Assembly (NCBI GenBank): GCA_043228905.1
Contig: JBHGNT010000928.1
Span: 1-13,785, forward strand
From: Azolla caroliniana
Lineage: Eukaryota > Plantae > Polypodiophyta
Length of the DNA stretch: 13,785 nucleotides
Direction: 5' to 3'
Made by a program: the position numbers and the translations under genes. Shown one piece after another: positions 1 through 9,979 of this stretch. Under the pieces are notes generated by a model. The model did no database searches. It was given only the letters and a program-made list of their open reading frames with translations, and was not told where the DNA came from. Numbering within the stretch: the first letter of the stretch is position 1; every line of letters starts with the position of its first letter.

Positions 1-69
1 AAGAGAGAGAAAATTTCAGTTAGAGAGGGTCATGAGTGCTTGTGTCACCTCAATGCAAGATGGCGATTC

Positions 70-260
70 TAAAACGGGACCTTTGAAAATCATAACAAAG
101 TCTTTCCCGATATCTTGCAATTTCTTAAGAGTGTGAACCCCACACCACCATGCAATTGCCTTACCCCTAAGTTCTTAACCAATATAGGAAATCTTCATAC
201 TCCGGCTTAGGATAGGGCTCAAAATGAGACTACCATCAACCAAGCCACGTGCATATTACT
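70..260 (-). pseudogene. Degenerate Ty3/gypsy gag (retrotransposon capsid) fragment
   Basis: Manual minus-strand translation gives TWLG*W*SHFEPYPKPE, then after a frameshift MKISYIG*ELRGKAIAWW...KDFVMIFKG. This resembles the WL..ME.YF...KI.Y...L.G.A..WW...DF...F pattern of gypsy gag. LRGKAIAWW lies at 171-145. Boundaries are approximate. Confidence 0.6.
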
Positions 261-838
261 TGTTTGGTTCTCTCCTTCTAAGATAAAGGATAGTTCACTT
301 TGACATCTGTCTATTGTGTGGTATCCTAATGCATATTAACGATATGGGCTTCAAGAGCTCCATTAGATTGTCATAGTTCGAAAATCTTGTTCAAGGTGAA
401 TTTAGGAAAAACTTGTATTTGTAAGAAAGACGAGTCAATCAGAATTGCTCCAAGAGAGTGGTTCCTTGAATCCCTTCCGCTTGGGAGGATGCCATCGGCT
501 GGTCGTTATTATGAGCCCACATATATGATGTTGAAGTTTTTTTGTTGGAAGTACTTCTTGGATATACCGCTCCCCTTGAGTGATAAATTGATCGATCATC
601 ATAAAAAACAAAGTCAACAAAAGAAACGTTCGAGAAACTCGCTCCGATACCAATTATCATGGATATATGTAATGGAAGCTTCATAGGAAGAAAAGAAGAA
701 ATGGAAAATGAAAATTTTAGACAGTCTTGGAAACTAGAATATGGGATGATGCTATTTGTGGGAGAGCTGAACATTTTGATTTCTAGGTGCACTACGTACA
801 TAAAGAAACCCACTTGATGAAGAGGAGGAATCTACAAC

Positions 839-841
<3 letters not shown>

Positions 842-884
<43 letters not shown>
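842..884. repeat. (AT)n microsatellite
   Basis: Perfect AT dinucleotide run of about 21 units. Confidence 0.97.
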
Positions 885-890
<6 letters not shown>

Positions 891-1046
891 GGCTCTCCGT
901 GGATCCAATCCAAGTGGGAGGGTCCCCCCTCAAGAGAGAAAGGCAAATCTAAAGAGAAGGAGATTAAAAAATATATACATATATAGATTTCTTTACATTC
1001 ACAAACACAGACACATATGAATTTATATATGTATACAAATTGGAAT

Positions 1047-1075
1047 AGTGAGTGAGTGAGTGAGTGAGTGTGTGT
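1047..1075. repeat. (GAGT)n/(GT)n microsatellite directly upstream of the TATA box
   Basis: agtgagtgagtgagtgagtgagtgtgtgt read directly. Confidence 0.9.
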
Positions 1076-1120
1076 ATAAATAGGCATGGGATCCAATTAT
1101 CTCTTCCTCCTTCCTTCATT
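1075..1120 (+). promoter_or_regulatory. Core promoter of the peptide gene: TATA box plus pyrimidine patch
   Basis: TATAAATA at 1075-1082, about 100 bp upstream of the ATG at 1176, followed by the CT-rich stretch ctcttcctccttccttc at 1101-1117. Confidence 0.6.
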
Positions 1121-1175
1121 ATTACATTACATCACATGCTTTGATTAGCTGCAAGTAGAAGCAGTGGCAGAAATA

Positions 1176-1952
1176 ATGGATCGTGCAACCACCACCATAT
1201 CCTTCATCATCATTTTGTATGCCCTTCTACTACTACTACTATTACTGCTCCTACCCCTTTCTTCTGCTGCTCCTCCTCCTCACAATGTCTTCACAGGTAA
1301 AACTAATCTAAAATCTAAACCAATCCTCTCTGTTGCTTGCTTATATTCTTCTTGGGAAAGAACATGCCAAAAGAAAAAGAAAAAGAAAAAGGATTAATTT
1401 TTGTGTTTTTTCTTCTTCTTTCCAGGTCGCCCTAGTGATTTCTCTCAACAAAAGGTTCGGATCACAAGCTTTGGGGGATGACTCTTCTTGTATTTGATGT
1501 TTATGAGTGTGCAATCAAATCCATTTTTTTGTTGAGATTAGGATGAATCAAACTCATTGAAAATTGAAGTACTTTATCCACGCGAATCTTTCTTTTACTC
1601 GATGAACACGCGTATTACGTTTCCTGACTGATCTTGGTCAAGCAAAAACAACAGTGAATCAATACGCTACTTTACGTTCTATGCACCCAGCAATCTCTGT
1701 ATCAGAAATTTATGCGCCTTATCAATGAATCAATTCCTGCTTAAATAAACGAATCCAAAGTATCAAAGAAACGTGGATGGAAATCTGCCATATCCAATTC
1801 CACCACATAGTTGGATTCAAGTGTCTGTGTGTATTTTTGTGCGTGCGTGTGTATGTGGCGTGCGTGGTGCGTGCGTAGGTATGTGGCGTGTGTGGCGCGT
1901 GCGTATGTATGTATCATGTATGTATGTATGTATGTATGTATGTATGTATGTA

Positions 1953-1987
<35 letters not shown>

Positions 1988-2436
1988 ATAGAGAATAGAG
2001 AATAGGTTTGTATGTAACCTTAACGACTTGTTTATTAACAACTTTAACTGCCTTTTCCAAAATCCAGCCCATTCTGGAGGGTGCTAAACCTAAACCTACA
2101 AAAGCAGCAGAGATTCTGGCTAAGGATCAACAAGATGCAAACATTGAGCGAATCATGAGAAAGTTAGTAGACGATGATGGGGGGGTTCATATGCATATGA
2201 ATAGAGATGAGGTGGGTCATCAAACGAGGACCACGTTACTCGGACACATGCGAGTAGCGAGAGTTCCAAACGCATTATTGAAGAAGAAGAAGAAGAAGAA
2301 GACAATGACTCCTCAAGATCCAAGAGTTCCATCACCACCACCACCCCTGCCCCCTCTTCCTCACACATCTTTGAATGATGTAATGTATCATGTTGACTAC
2401 CATCGTGCCACAACACATACTCCAACCAATAACTAG
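1176..2436 (+). CDS. Secreted small signalling peptide precursor, RGF/GOLVEN/CLEL family (172 aa, 3 exons)
   Basis: Exons 1176-1296, 1426-1454 and 2068-2436 have GT..AG introns with matching phases (1, 0) and total 519 nt. The N-terminus is a signal peptide (MDRATTTISFIIILYALLLLLLLLLLPLSSA), followed by a variable pro-domain with RKLV, poly-K and a Pro-rich stretch. The protein ends in DYHRATTHTPTNN*, with D1-Y2, H8, P10 and N13 as in RGF peptides. Confidence 0.85.
1821..2005. repeat. Compound microsatellite (TG / TGCG / TATG / TG / AG / GAATAGA) in intron 2 of the peptide gene
   Basis: Read directly; it explains the spurious ORFs 1773-1991, 1811-2005 and 1817-2041. Confidence 0.92.
2395..2433 (+). 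other. Predicted mature 13-aa RGF-like peptide DYHRATTHTPTNN
   Basis: Exactly 13 codons from the Asp-Tyr (GAC TAC) to the last Asn before TAG. DY is the tyrosylprotein-sulfotransferase motif of RGF/PSY/CIF/PSK precursors. Confidence 0.8.
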
Positions 2437-2540
2437 ATTATTGTTTGGGAAGAGTGCTTTCAAATTATCCGATCCATTCTTACACTGTGCCTCCTATGAT
2501 TGTAAAGGACTGAACCATCAATCATCGAAGAAAAAAATTA

Positions 2541-2635
2541 ATATAAAATAGTTATAGCCATTACCAATATCATTGCCAAAAGTTGGGAATATATAAAATA
2601 GCCATTACCATCAGTGCAAAAGCTGGAAACATATA
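2541..2635. repeat. Imperfect ~50-bp tandem duplication downstream of the peptide gene (probable 3' UTR)
   Basis: atataaaatag(ttatag)ccattacca..tcattgc(c)aaaagttgggaat versus atataaaatagccattaccatcagtgcaaaagctggaaac. Confidence 0.8.
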
Positions 2636-3276
2636 TATATCGAATATTTATCGTTTGCTATTTCCAATATATGTCTAGATTTGTGATGATGGATTAATAA
2701 GGCAGTGTTTATCATAATATGGACATCAGGTAAAACTTTCAGATTTAATGTGAATTGCTACATGTTACACTCCTATATACAACTCAGAGGACACATGCTT
2801 GTTCGAAAACACAACTGTGACAACACTATGGACCTAGATGTGTTCCGAAATTATGGCACCACATGCGTATATTGTAAGCCATATGACACATGAGATGTCG
2901 TCATAGACTATAGCGTAAGTAATTTCAAATGATTCAGAAATACCAAGTCCAAAACACCATTGTTTGTGGATTACCATATTCATTATTCTCATCAAAGTTC
3001 CCGCTTAAGAATCTGAAGGGGAGAATGGCTCTTGATTGGCGTAAACAAAATTCATGATAAATAGAGATAATAGAGCATTTAGATTGCAAGGTTGAAACAA
3101 CCCAATAGTAGAGAAACATTCATCTCAAGATACATGTGTCATCAAATTTTTCATAATATTTCCTTTCTTTATTATCAGGAGGTTAAACATCCACCCCATT
3201 GAACAATATGAAGCATGTCTATGAGGACCTAGTGACCAGCCGGGACGGCAAAATGGACGTCTAGTCTTCTGTTATT

Positions 3277-6200
3277 TCAATTACTTGCCTTCTGGCTTTG
3301 TTCTAGACGTCGTAGTCTCCGTTTAGCTCTTGTTCCCAAATAATTGGGAGGCCTTGCCAACAAATCATCTTTCCTGTAGTTATGCCAACGTTTGTATTGT
3401 TGAGCATCGACCAAATACGGCCGTTGACGAGGAGCAGATGTGCACCCAAAAGAACAACATCCCTTCATTTTATGAGCACATTCCCCACAACATCTGTAAA
3501 GCCATCCAAAAATAGTTACATATATGAACCACTAGTTTTAGGAATTTGTAATACTACTAAACTATTGGATCGTATTTAATACTTCCAATCTAATAAACCA
3601 CAGATGATGTTTATGAATTGCATACCATTTACTTCTCAATTTAGAAAAAAATGGTGTCATCAAAAAAAACTTGCAATCTCAATTAAAAATTGGCTCCAAT
3701 CAATAGTATAAACAGAGTAAGAGAAGCTTACAAGAACAATTTATTGCAGTCCAGATTCGTACAATTGCGATGTCTTATACTCGAAAGAGGTCCATTACAT
3801 AGGCTGCATTGGCAAAATTCCACTTGAGTAGTGTGAGTCACTAACTCATCATTTACATCCTTACTCATCACGTTTAAGCCAGAATCCAAGTCTAATTTGT
3901 AATTCGAAGGTGGTACGGCAAGACGAGAATCGAAAACAAATAGATTCCCCAGCCAGTTTTCACCATTTTCTTCTATCAGATACCTGGCAACTCCTCCTTG
4001 CAAACTGTACAAGTTTTTGAAACCCTGCTTTCTGTTCATGACATATGAAGAGAATTTATGATGCTGGAGATTTCCTTTCAAAAGGCAAATGGCTCATCAT
4101 TTTCACTCTTTGTATTATGGAAAAAACATCAATGTCAATCTTACAAAGACATTTTTCAGGTTCACACCACTGGCATACATGAACTCAAACTAAAATATGA
4201 AGTATCTCTTATTATGAATGCAACATCAAAACTGTAATCGTAAAGGTGTAGAGCACTAACTTCACCACTACACCATCATGTTTAGAATCTAAAAATTCAA
4301 ATAAGCTAACAAAAGAAATGAAACTAGGATGTGTAAAGACGATACTTTCCCACTGTTCTAGTGCGAAAAGTCTTATTTTCTCTCCTAAACAGGGCCATCG
4401 CCACTTCTGACAACTGAGAGCGAGGATAGAAATTGAGCTCCTGATCTATAGCAAGGGTCTGAATCATTAGGCCAACTTCCCCCCTCCCTAGTCAATGATG
4501 TGTAAATAACTTTATTCTGAAACTAAAAATGACGGAAGCCATACCTTAGTAAGGCTGAATAAACATCGCAACGTATACCACCTGTGCAGTACATTAGTAC
4601 ATCGGTATTCTCCTTGTCCACATTTGCAAGTGGGTCCTCTTTATCCTGGCCATATCACATAGACTGTCCATTATTAAAGAAAAGATGAATTGTATTACAA
4701 TCTTCACGCCACCCACACCCAGATAAACAAGAGAAGATGCTTGGTTTCTGGCCATATAGTGTGTTGATGTTTGGAGCTCATGCAAAAGATAGTTTTTTTA
4801 CAAACAAAACAAATGAGGACGCATTGAGGATCAGATCCAATGGCAAATCATAATCTAATCTATTCATGAGCGAGGTTGAATTATACTACAGTAATCTGGT
4901 ATATTTTCTAGAATCTCAAGGATGTTTCATTCCCTGGATTTCTTATATTTGTGTCTCTCTTAATTTGGGTTTGAAGGCTAAACCTCATTATATTGTAGTC
5001 CGAATTCAGTGCTCTTAAAACATTCTACTGGAGGTCTTCGTGCACCTTTAAAATGTCCAATATCCCATTCATAACCTACAACCATCAATTATTAAAATAA
5101 TCAAGAAGATGAAAACACTTTCAAGAATGCATGACAGAAACTCTAAAGAAAAAGGAATCAAATAATATTTTCTTTCAGGAATCTTCCATGATAAATTTAA
5201 GAATTCTAAAAGATTGATACTTCGTCCTTGAACAAATTCTCCTACCATTTCTTACATCCAAAAGAAGCACGGGCCTCTCTATTGACTCGCCATTATCCTC
5301 TTTGCCAGGCATATTACAATTCTGAAAAAGCTTTGATTTTTCTGCTTGCAATAATCTCTGCTTCCAATTCTGCGGAGACAAAGGGACAGCTCTTGATGAC
5401 GGATCAGTTATTGGAAGGCCCAGTGTACCACCATCTACCTTCACAAGCGGATTTCACAAGATATGTAAAAAGGAACTTCTATAATTCAGTCACATTTTAC
5501 AGCTCCCCAAAACAGTGCTTACGATATAAATTGTAATAAAGCTGCAACTGACCTGAACCAGAGAAGGCTTATATTGTAGTCTGAGCCTGGGAAATGCGTG
5601 ACCATTAAAAGAAGGTGAGACTTGGACATAGAGATGAGAAAATCGTGGATCATCCTTGACCCATTGTGCATATATCATCACGTCTTCTCGAGGTCCACTA
5701 TACTGAACCATGATGCACCAAATTAACCTTGATACATTTCTCTACTCATTAGCATTTATTCTTGTTAATTTAGAAGGTTTGTGTTTCCTGAGTTATGTTT
5801 TACTGTTCTGAAACTTCCAACATTGTTTGACAACTTTCAGGATAATAAATACCTTACTAATCTTTTTACACACATGTTGAAGAGCAAAGACACAACCATA
5901 ACATTGATACCTGGGCATTTATGCCTTGAGAGCTGATATAGATTCTCCCATGTATATCTTTACCCTGTAATGCAAGAGAAGTACCAACCAGATTAATATA
6001 TTTGAGTTGGCTTCTAAAACAAACAAAACTTTCTTTCTAAGACCACAATAGCTTGAACTACAAAAATTAAATGCTCAGGTGCAAGTGAATGAAGGCGTTC
6101 ATGAGTGTGAGGTATCAGGATTCAGCAGGCAAAAAAACTGAAGCTCTAGTAAAAGAAAATAATTGTGGATCTCATGAGTTTTTTCAGTTCACACGTTCTA

Positions 6201-9200
6201 TTCATGCTCAATAAAATTTAGCCTTTTACATGATGGCCTATTACATACTCACTATATTGTGTCTGTGTCTCAAAAAATTTACCCAGTTATGGCATCATAC
6301 ATATCACACAGATCCAACTGACAGGTAGGCAAGCCACATTCTCATACTCTTACAAATAGTGAAGTGTCCTCAGAGATTGCTTTTCACTTACGCTTGACTC
6401 TCCTGAACTTGACCTAGAAGCCATTCTTTTAAACTTTATGAGAGGATGAGAATTCTTGAATCACCCCGTTCGGTACATTGATTCACCCTGTTCAATATGG
6501 TTTCATAGCAGCACAAGAAATCCTTCGTAATATTTTTAGAGTACAGATGCTTGTCCATTATGATAAGTATTCTCATTATGAAATGATGATGGTAACAGGT
6601 GGATTAGGAGAAGGCCTATGAAGTGGGTGGAACATACTAAGTTTTAACACGAGACATCTCAACTTATTTTCACGTTTGCACTTTGGTCTTGCTCCGAATA
6701 TCAATTAGTAAGGGACGGCTTTCTTTTAGTGCCACAGTTTTTGTCATTTCTAGACATCCATTGATTGGTAGCTTCGCTGGTGACCAACAATTATTTCAGT
6801 TTCCTTCACGTTTGAGACATCAGCCATCACACATTCCATTGAAGATGTTTTCTTCATGTTCTATGATCTCAGAAAAACACCTTTAAAAACACTTTGGATG
6901 TTTGGATCTAATATGTTTCTGGCTTAATATTTGTGCATTAACATGCAACAATCAGTCCTCCCATGTACAATAATTTAGCACATGAAAAGGAAATAGTTGA
7001 TCATGAATATACAATCTACCAAGAGATAATATTAGAACAAGAAGATTATAATGAATTCAGCATTGCCATGTTCCCCTAATGAGCTGATCCTGAATGAAAA
7101 ATGATTGTAATTCAGACTTTTTCTGAGAGCACGTTGTCGCAATATTCTGCGAGTACGTGTAGGATCCGAGGCGGGACCGCGGGGGTCTTGGACTAGGGAG
7201 TAGGGGAGAAAGAATAAGATATGATATGGAAGCTTAGCTCAAGAGGAGAAGAGGAAAGAATAAGATCATGACATAGAAGGAGAGATCGCGGAGGCAAGAT
7301 ACTCAACAAGTTATATTAAAACAAACGAATTATTACAACAGTGGTGGCCGCATGGGCCGCACCAAACGACTATGAGAAAACCTTAACCGAAGATGAATAA
7401 GGAAACCCTAAACGAAACCCTAACCCTAAAACGGTAAGAACTCTCGACTAAGTGGTATACCTCCCATACGCAAAATAGGCAACCCCTCAAAAGGGACCCC
7501 TCACTCCCTTTTATAGTGGTAAGGGGTGAGGCACAATACAATAGGAGTGGTCAATTCCCCTTTTCATTCAAAGGAGAATATTTGCCCCGATCTCGAGATT
7601 GATGGGCCTTAACTCTCTCTCCTCTAGCCATCCTACTCAATGCCTATCACTCTTACACTCATTCTCTATGTACCTCCCTCTAGTCTACAAAGTGCACATC
7701 ACATTTACACTTAACAACTTTGTAGAGCACCTTAACTCCTTACGCTTTATGTTTGCTTATTTGTCCCTATGTTACAATTTCCCTAAGTTCATGTGCAATG
7801 TTGCACATCTCCGTTTTCTCTATCCCGCTCGGTTTTCTCACCATGGACGAAAAACATCACGACAACGTCATCAACGACAGTAGTTGTTGCATGCATCCTG
7901 ACACCTGAGTAAATAAGTGCTATGATGATTAATTACAGTCCCCTTCGCTGGCAAGCACATCAATGACCAACAATCCCCTTAAAATAATCATTCACTTTCC
8001 GGTAAATGATCTCAATAAACCTCCAATTTGTCGAGAAAATATTGTTACTTTCTTCTCAGTAGCCAGAATCAATATGCCCACTTAAATAAGCATGAGTTTA
8101 CACAAGGGCAATTGTTCAAACTTTCATATGTCATTGAATTCACAAATTTCAGTTAGACTAATGGTCCTAATAAAAAATGCTTTGACGTGTCATCAATGGA
8201 TCTTCATTTTGGCCACCATAACATTGGCATTAGTAGCCGCACACTGCTAACAACCAAAGCAGCCACTCACATCATATCGTTTTCATCAGAACATTTCAGT
8301 TTGTGGCACACACGTCATGGTTCAAATCCCAATCAAGATCGCTATGTCTTTGTACATATATACATGCATGCATTCATACATTAATACATTTTATGCATAG
8401 ATACATGCGTACATACATATAGTATCCATGCATATACATACATTAATACATTGTATGCATGTATACATTCGTACATACATATAGTATCCATGCATCTATC
8501 CATGCACATGCACATGCACATACATACACACATACATACATAAATACATGTATCCCAATGCTCAAGTCACTGAGTTCCCAACCCATAGAAGAGAATCCTT
8601 CCATCTTCTCACATCCCATAATGTCAAGCTAATTATTGTTCAATCAGCACACCTTCTCAGTTTTTCTTATGTTATTACTATTTGAGCGATTTATCTTTAC
8701 GGTACAGCTGCGAATTTGCAAAACCAATACTAAATGAAAGCCATAAAATTAACTCTCTCCTCCATTAATTGTAAACTCTTACCTTTTTCTACGAATCTAG
8801 CTGTGTGTAGGCACTAGTAATACACGCACAATTTTCATCTAACAAGAAGCTAGTTATATTATCTATATGCCCCCAACCAAAATAAAGCAAATGATGGTAC
8901 AGTTCTACCTCCATGAAAGAAGAATGGCGTGCCACTTCAAGCTTAGGATCCTCTACGTCAACGAGAACATAGAAGTTAACGACCAAGTACTCCTTCTCCG
9001 CTTTCTGCAAATGAGCCACGTTCTTTCCATCTTCCACCTCATTCTCGGAATCATCTGAAGACAATTGCTCAAAGTTCTCCATATCTGTGACGGAGTATTT
9101 CTCTACATCTGTAAGAGGGATATATCTCCCTTGAGGGGAAGCAGAGGTATGGAAAGAGAGTAAGTGCCATGGCCTGCCTGAAGAAGAAGGAGGAGGAGAG

Positions 9201-9352
9201 GAGGAGGATAAGGAGCATCTTCTTCTTCTTCTTCTGGTAATTGGAAGAAGTCTTCTGCCGATGAGGAGGGAGCTATGGAAGATGAGCGTCTCGCGGACTG
9301 CCAGGAGGCAGGCTTCAGTGGAGTTGGAAAGCAATCGATACCTCATCTTCAT
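3277..9352 (-). CDS. STR8: Rhodanese-like domain-containing protein 8-like, predicted chloroplastic (TrhO/YceA/UPF0176 family), 516 aa, 8 exons
   Basis: Exons 9352-8909, 5964-5911, 5702-5553, 5438-5246, 5075-4984, 4645-4545, 4031-3732 and 3493-3277 are all GT..AG and phase-compatible, totalling 1551 nt. Motifs: Ser/Arg-rich transit-peptide-like N-terminus, VVNFY..GRIYISSQGINAQYSG, LLDVRNGYEWDIGHFKGA, MYCTGGIRC, LYSLQGGV..Y, W.GNLFVFDSR, and a Cys-rich tail (CSLC..NCTNLDC..CCGEC..CCSFGC). Confidence 0.92.
7135..7864 (-). mobile_element. Solo-LTR-like insertion in STR8 intron 1
   Basis: GC-richer block with termini TGTCG...CGACA flanked on both sides by ACGT (7131-7134, 7865-7868). It has a minus-strand TATAAAA at 7515-7509, telomere-like AAACCCTA motifs at 7403-7430, and no coding remnants. 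An alternative right end is ...ATCCTGACA at 7903. Confidence 0.6.
8352..8552. repeat. (CATA/CATG)-rich low-complexity tract containing a 62-bp tandem duplication
   Basis: The unit catacattaatacatt.tatgcat..atacat.cgtacatacatatagtatccatgcat starts at 8375 and again at 8437. Confidence 0.88.
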
Positions 9353-9406
9353 CTGCCTCCTCTTGCCTCAAGCGATGGAGGGAGGAGCATGAAGTCTTTG
9401 CTTTGC

Positions 9407-9542
9407 ATATACATACATACATACATACATACATAATGTATGTACATATGTACATTATACATACATATATCATACATATATGTATGTATGTATATGACAG
9501 AGTATGTACATACATATATGTATAACAAATATACATACATAT
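9407..9542. repeat. (TACA/TATG)n degenerate microsatellite just upstream of the STR8 start codon
   Basis: Read directly; it explains the ORFs 9315-9551, 9349-9540 and 9440-9649. Confidence 0.9.
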
Positions 9543-9979
9543 TCCCTCCATTAGTTGTTCAACTCATAGTCACCATTTATCATGAATGCTCTCGCTTTTC
9601 CTTTACACAGCCAATGGTGCTGCTAGCCCAAGGTCCTAACGGACTATGAAATCAAAGAGAGTTAAATTTGACTCCATCCGAAAATGTGTAAGTTGCAGAT
9701 GATATAAGCATGCCATCATGCTAATTCAAATGGTTTACAATGAGGATCAATGAGAAACTAATTAGCTTAGCATTTTGGGACAAACCCATAAGGACTTTGT
9801 GAGATATGGGAAAACTAGAAAGGGAAGCCAAGTAGGGGGCGAAAAGGGTAAATGAAAATTAGAGGAGAATTAAGAGGGATAAAGGGGGGAATTTGAAGAG
9901 ACATGCTACAACAAAGATACGAGGAATTTAATAGAGAGCAACAGATAGGAGATGAAAAGGTACATATCGAAACCAGTTC

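Noticed and set aside
387-1096. ORFs 387-686, 435-653, 439-813 and 752-1096
   Set aside because: No recognisable motifs, they overlap each other, and they are partly microsatellite- or TE-derived.
1773-2041. ORFs with CVCV, MYVC or HTHT repeats (also 9315-9649)
   Set aside because: They are translations of microsatellites.
2008-2067. ORF-track start at 2008 for a 142-aa single-exon protein
   Set aside because: It is a non-ATG start in intronic sequence; the acceptor at 2067 is in phase with exon 2 and supplies the signal peptide.
2395-2433. Assignment of the peptide to the CLE, CEP, PSK, PSY or CIF families
   Set aside because: It lacks the CLE (RxxPxGPxPxH), CEP (SPGxGH) and PSK (YIYTQ) motifs. 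Its length, terminal position and H8/P10/N13 fit RGF/GLV/CLEL better than PSY or CIF.
7403-7430. Interstitial telomere
   Set aside because: Only about three imperfect units, embedded in an LTR-like element.
2705-8384. Short plus-strand and intronic ORFs (2705, 2934, 3330, 3382, 5228, 6683, 7599, 8187) and the ORF 4594-4785
   Set aside because: They are antisense shadows, off-frame overlaps of STR8 exons, or chance ORFs without motifs.
8375-8495. CRISPR-like repeat array (also 2541-2635)
   Set aside because: These are two-copy head-to-tail duplications without unique spacers, in a eukaryotic context with no cas genes.
1176-9352. A functional sulfur system linking the sulfated peptide and the neighbouring rhodanese
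   Set aside because: Tyrosine sulfation is done by Golgi TPST using PAPS, whereas STR8 is a predicted plastid TrhO-like protein. Adjacency alone is not evidence.
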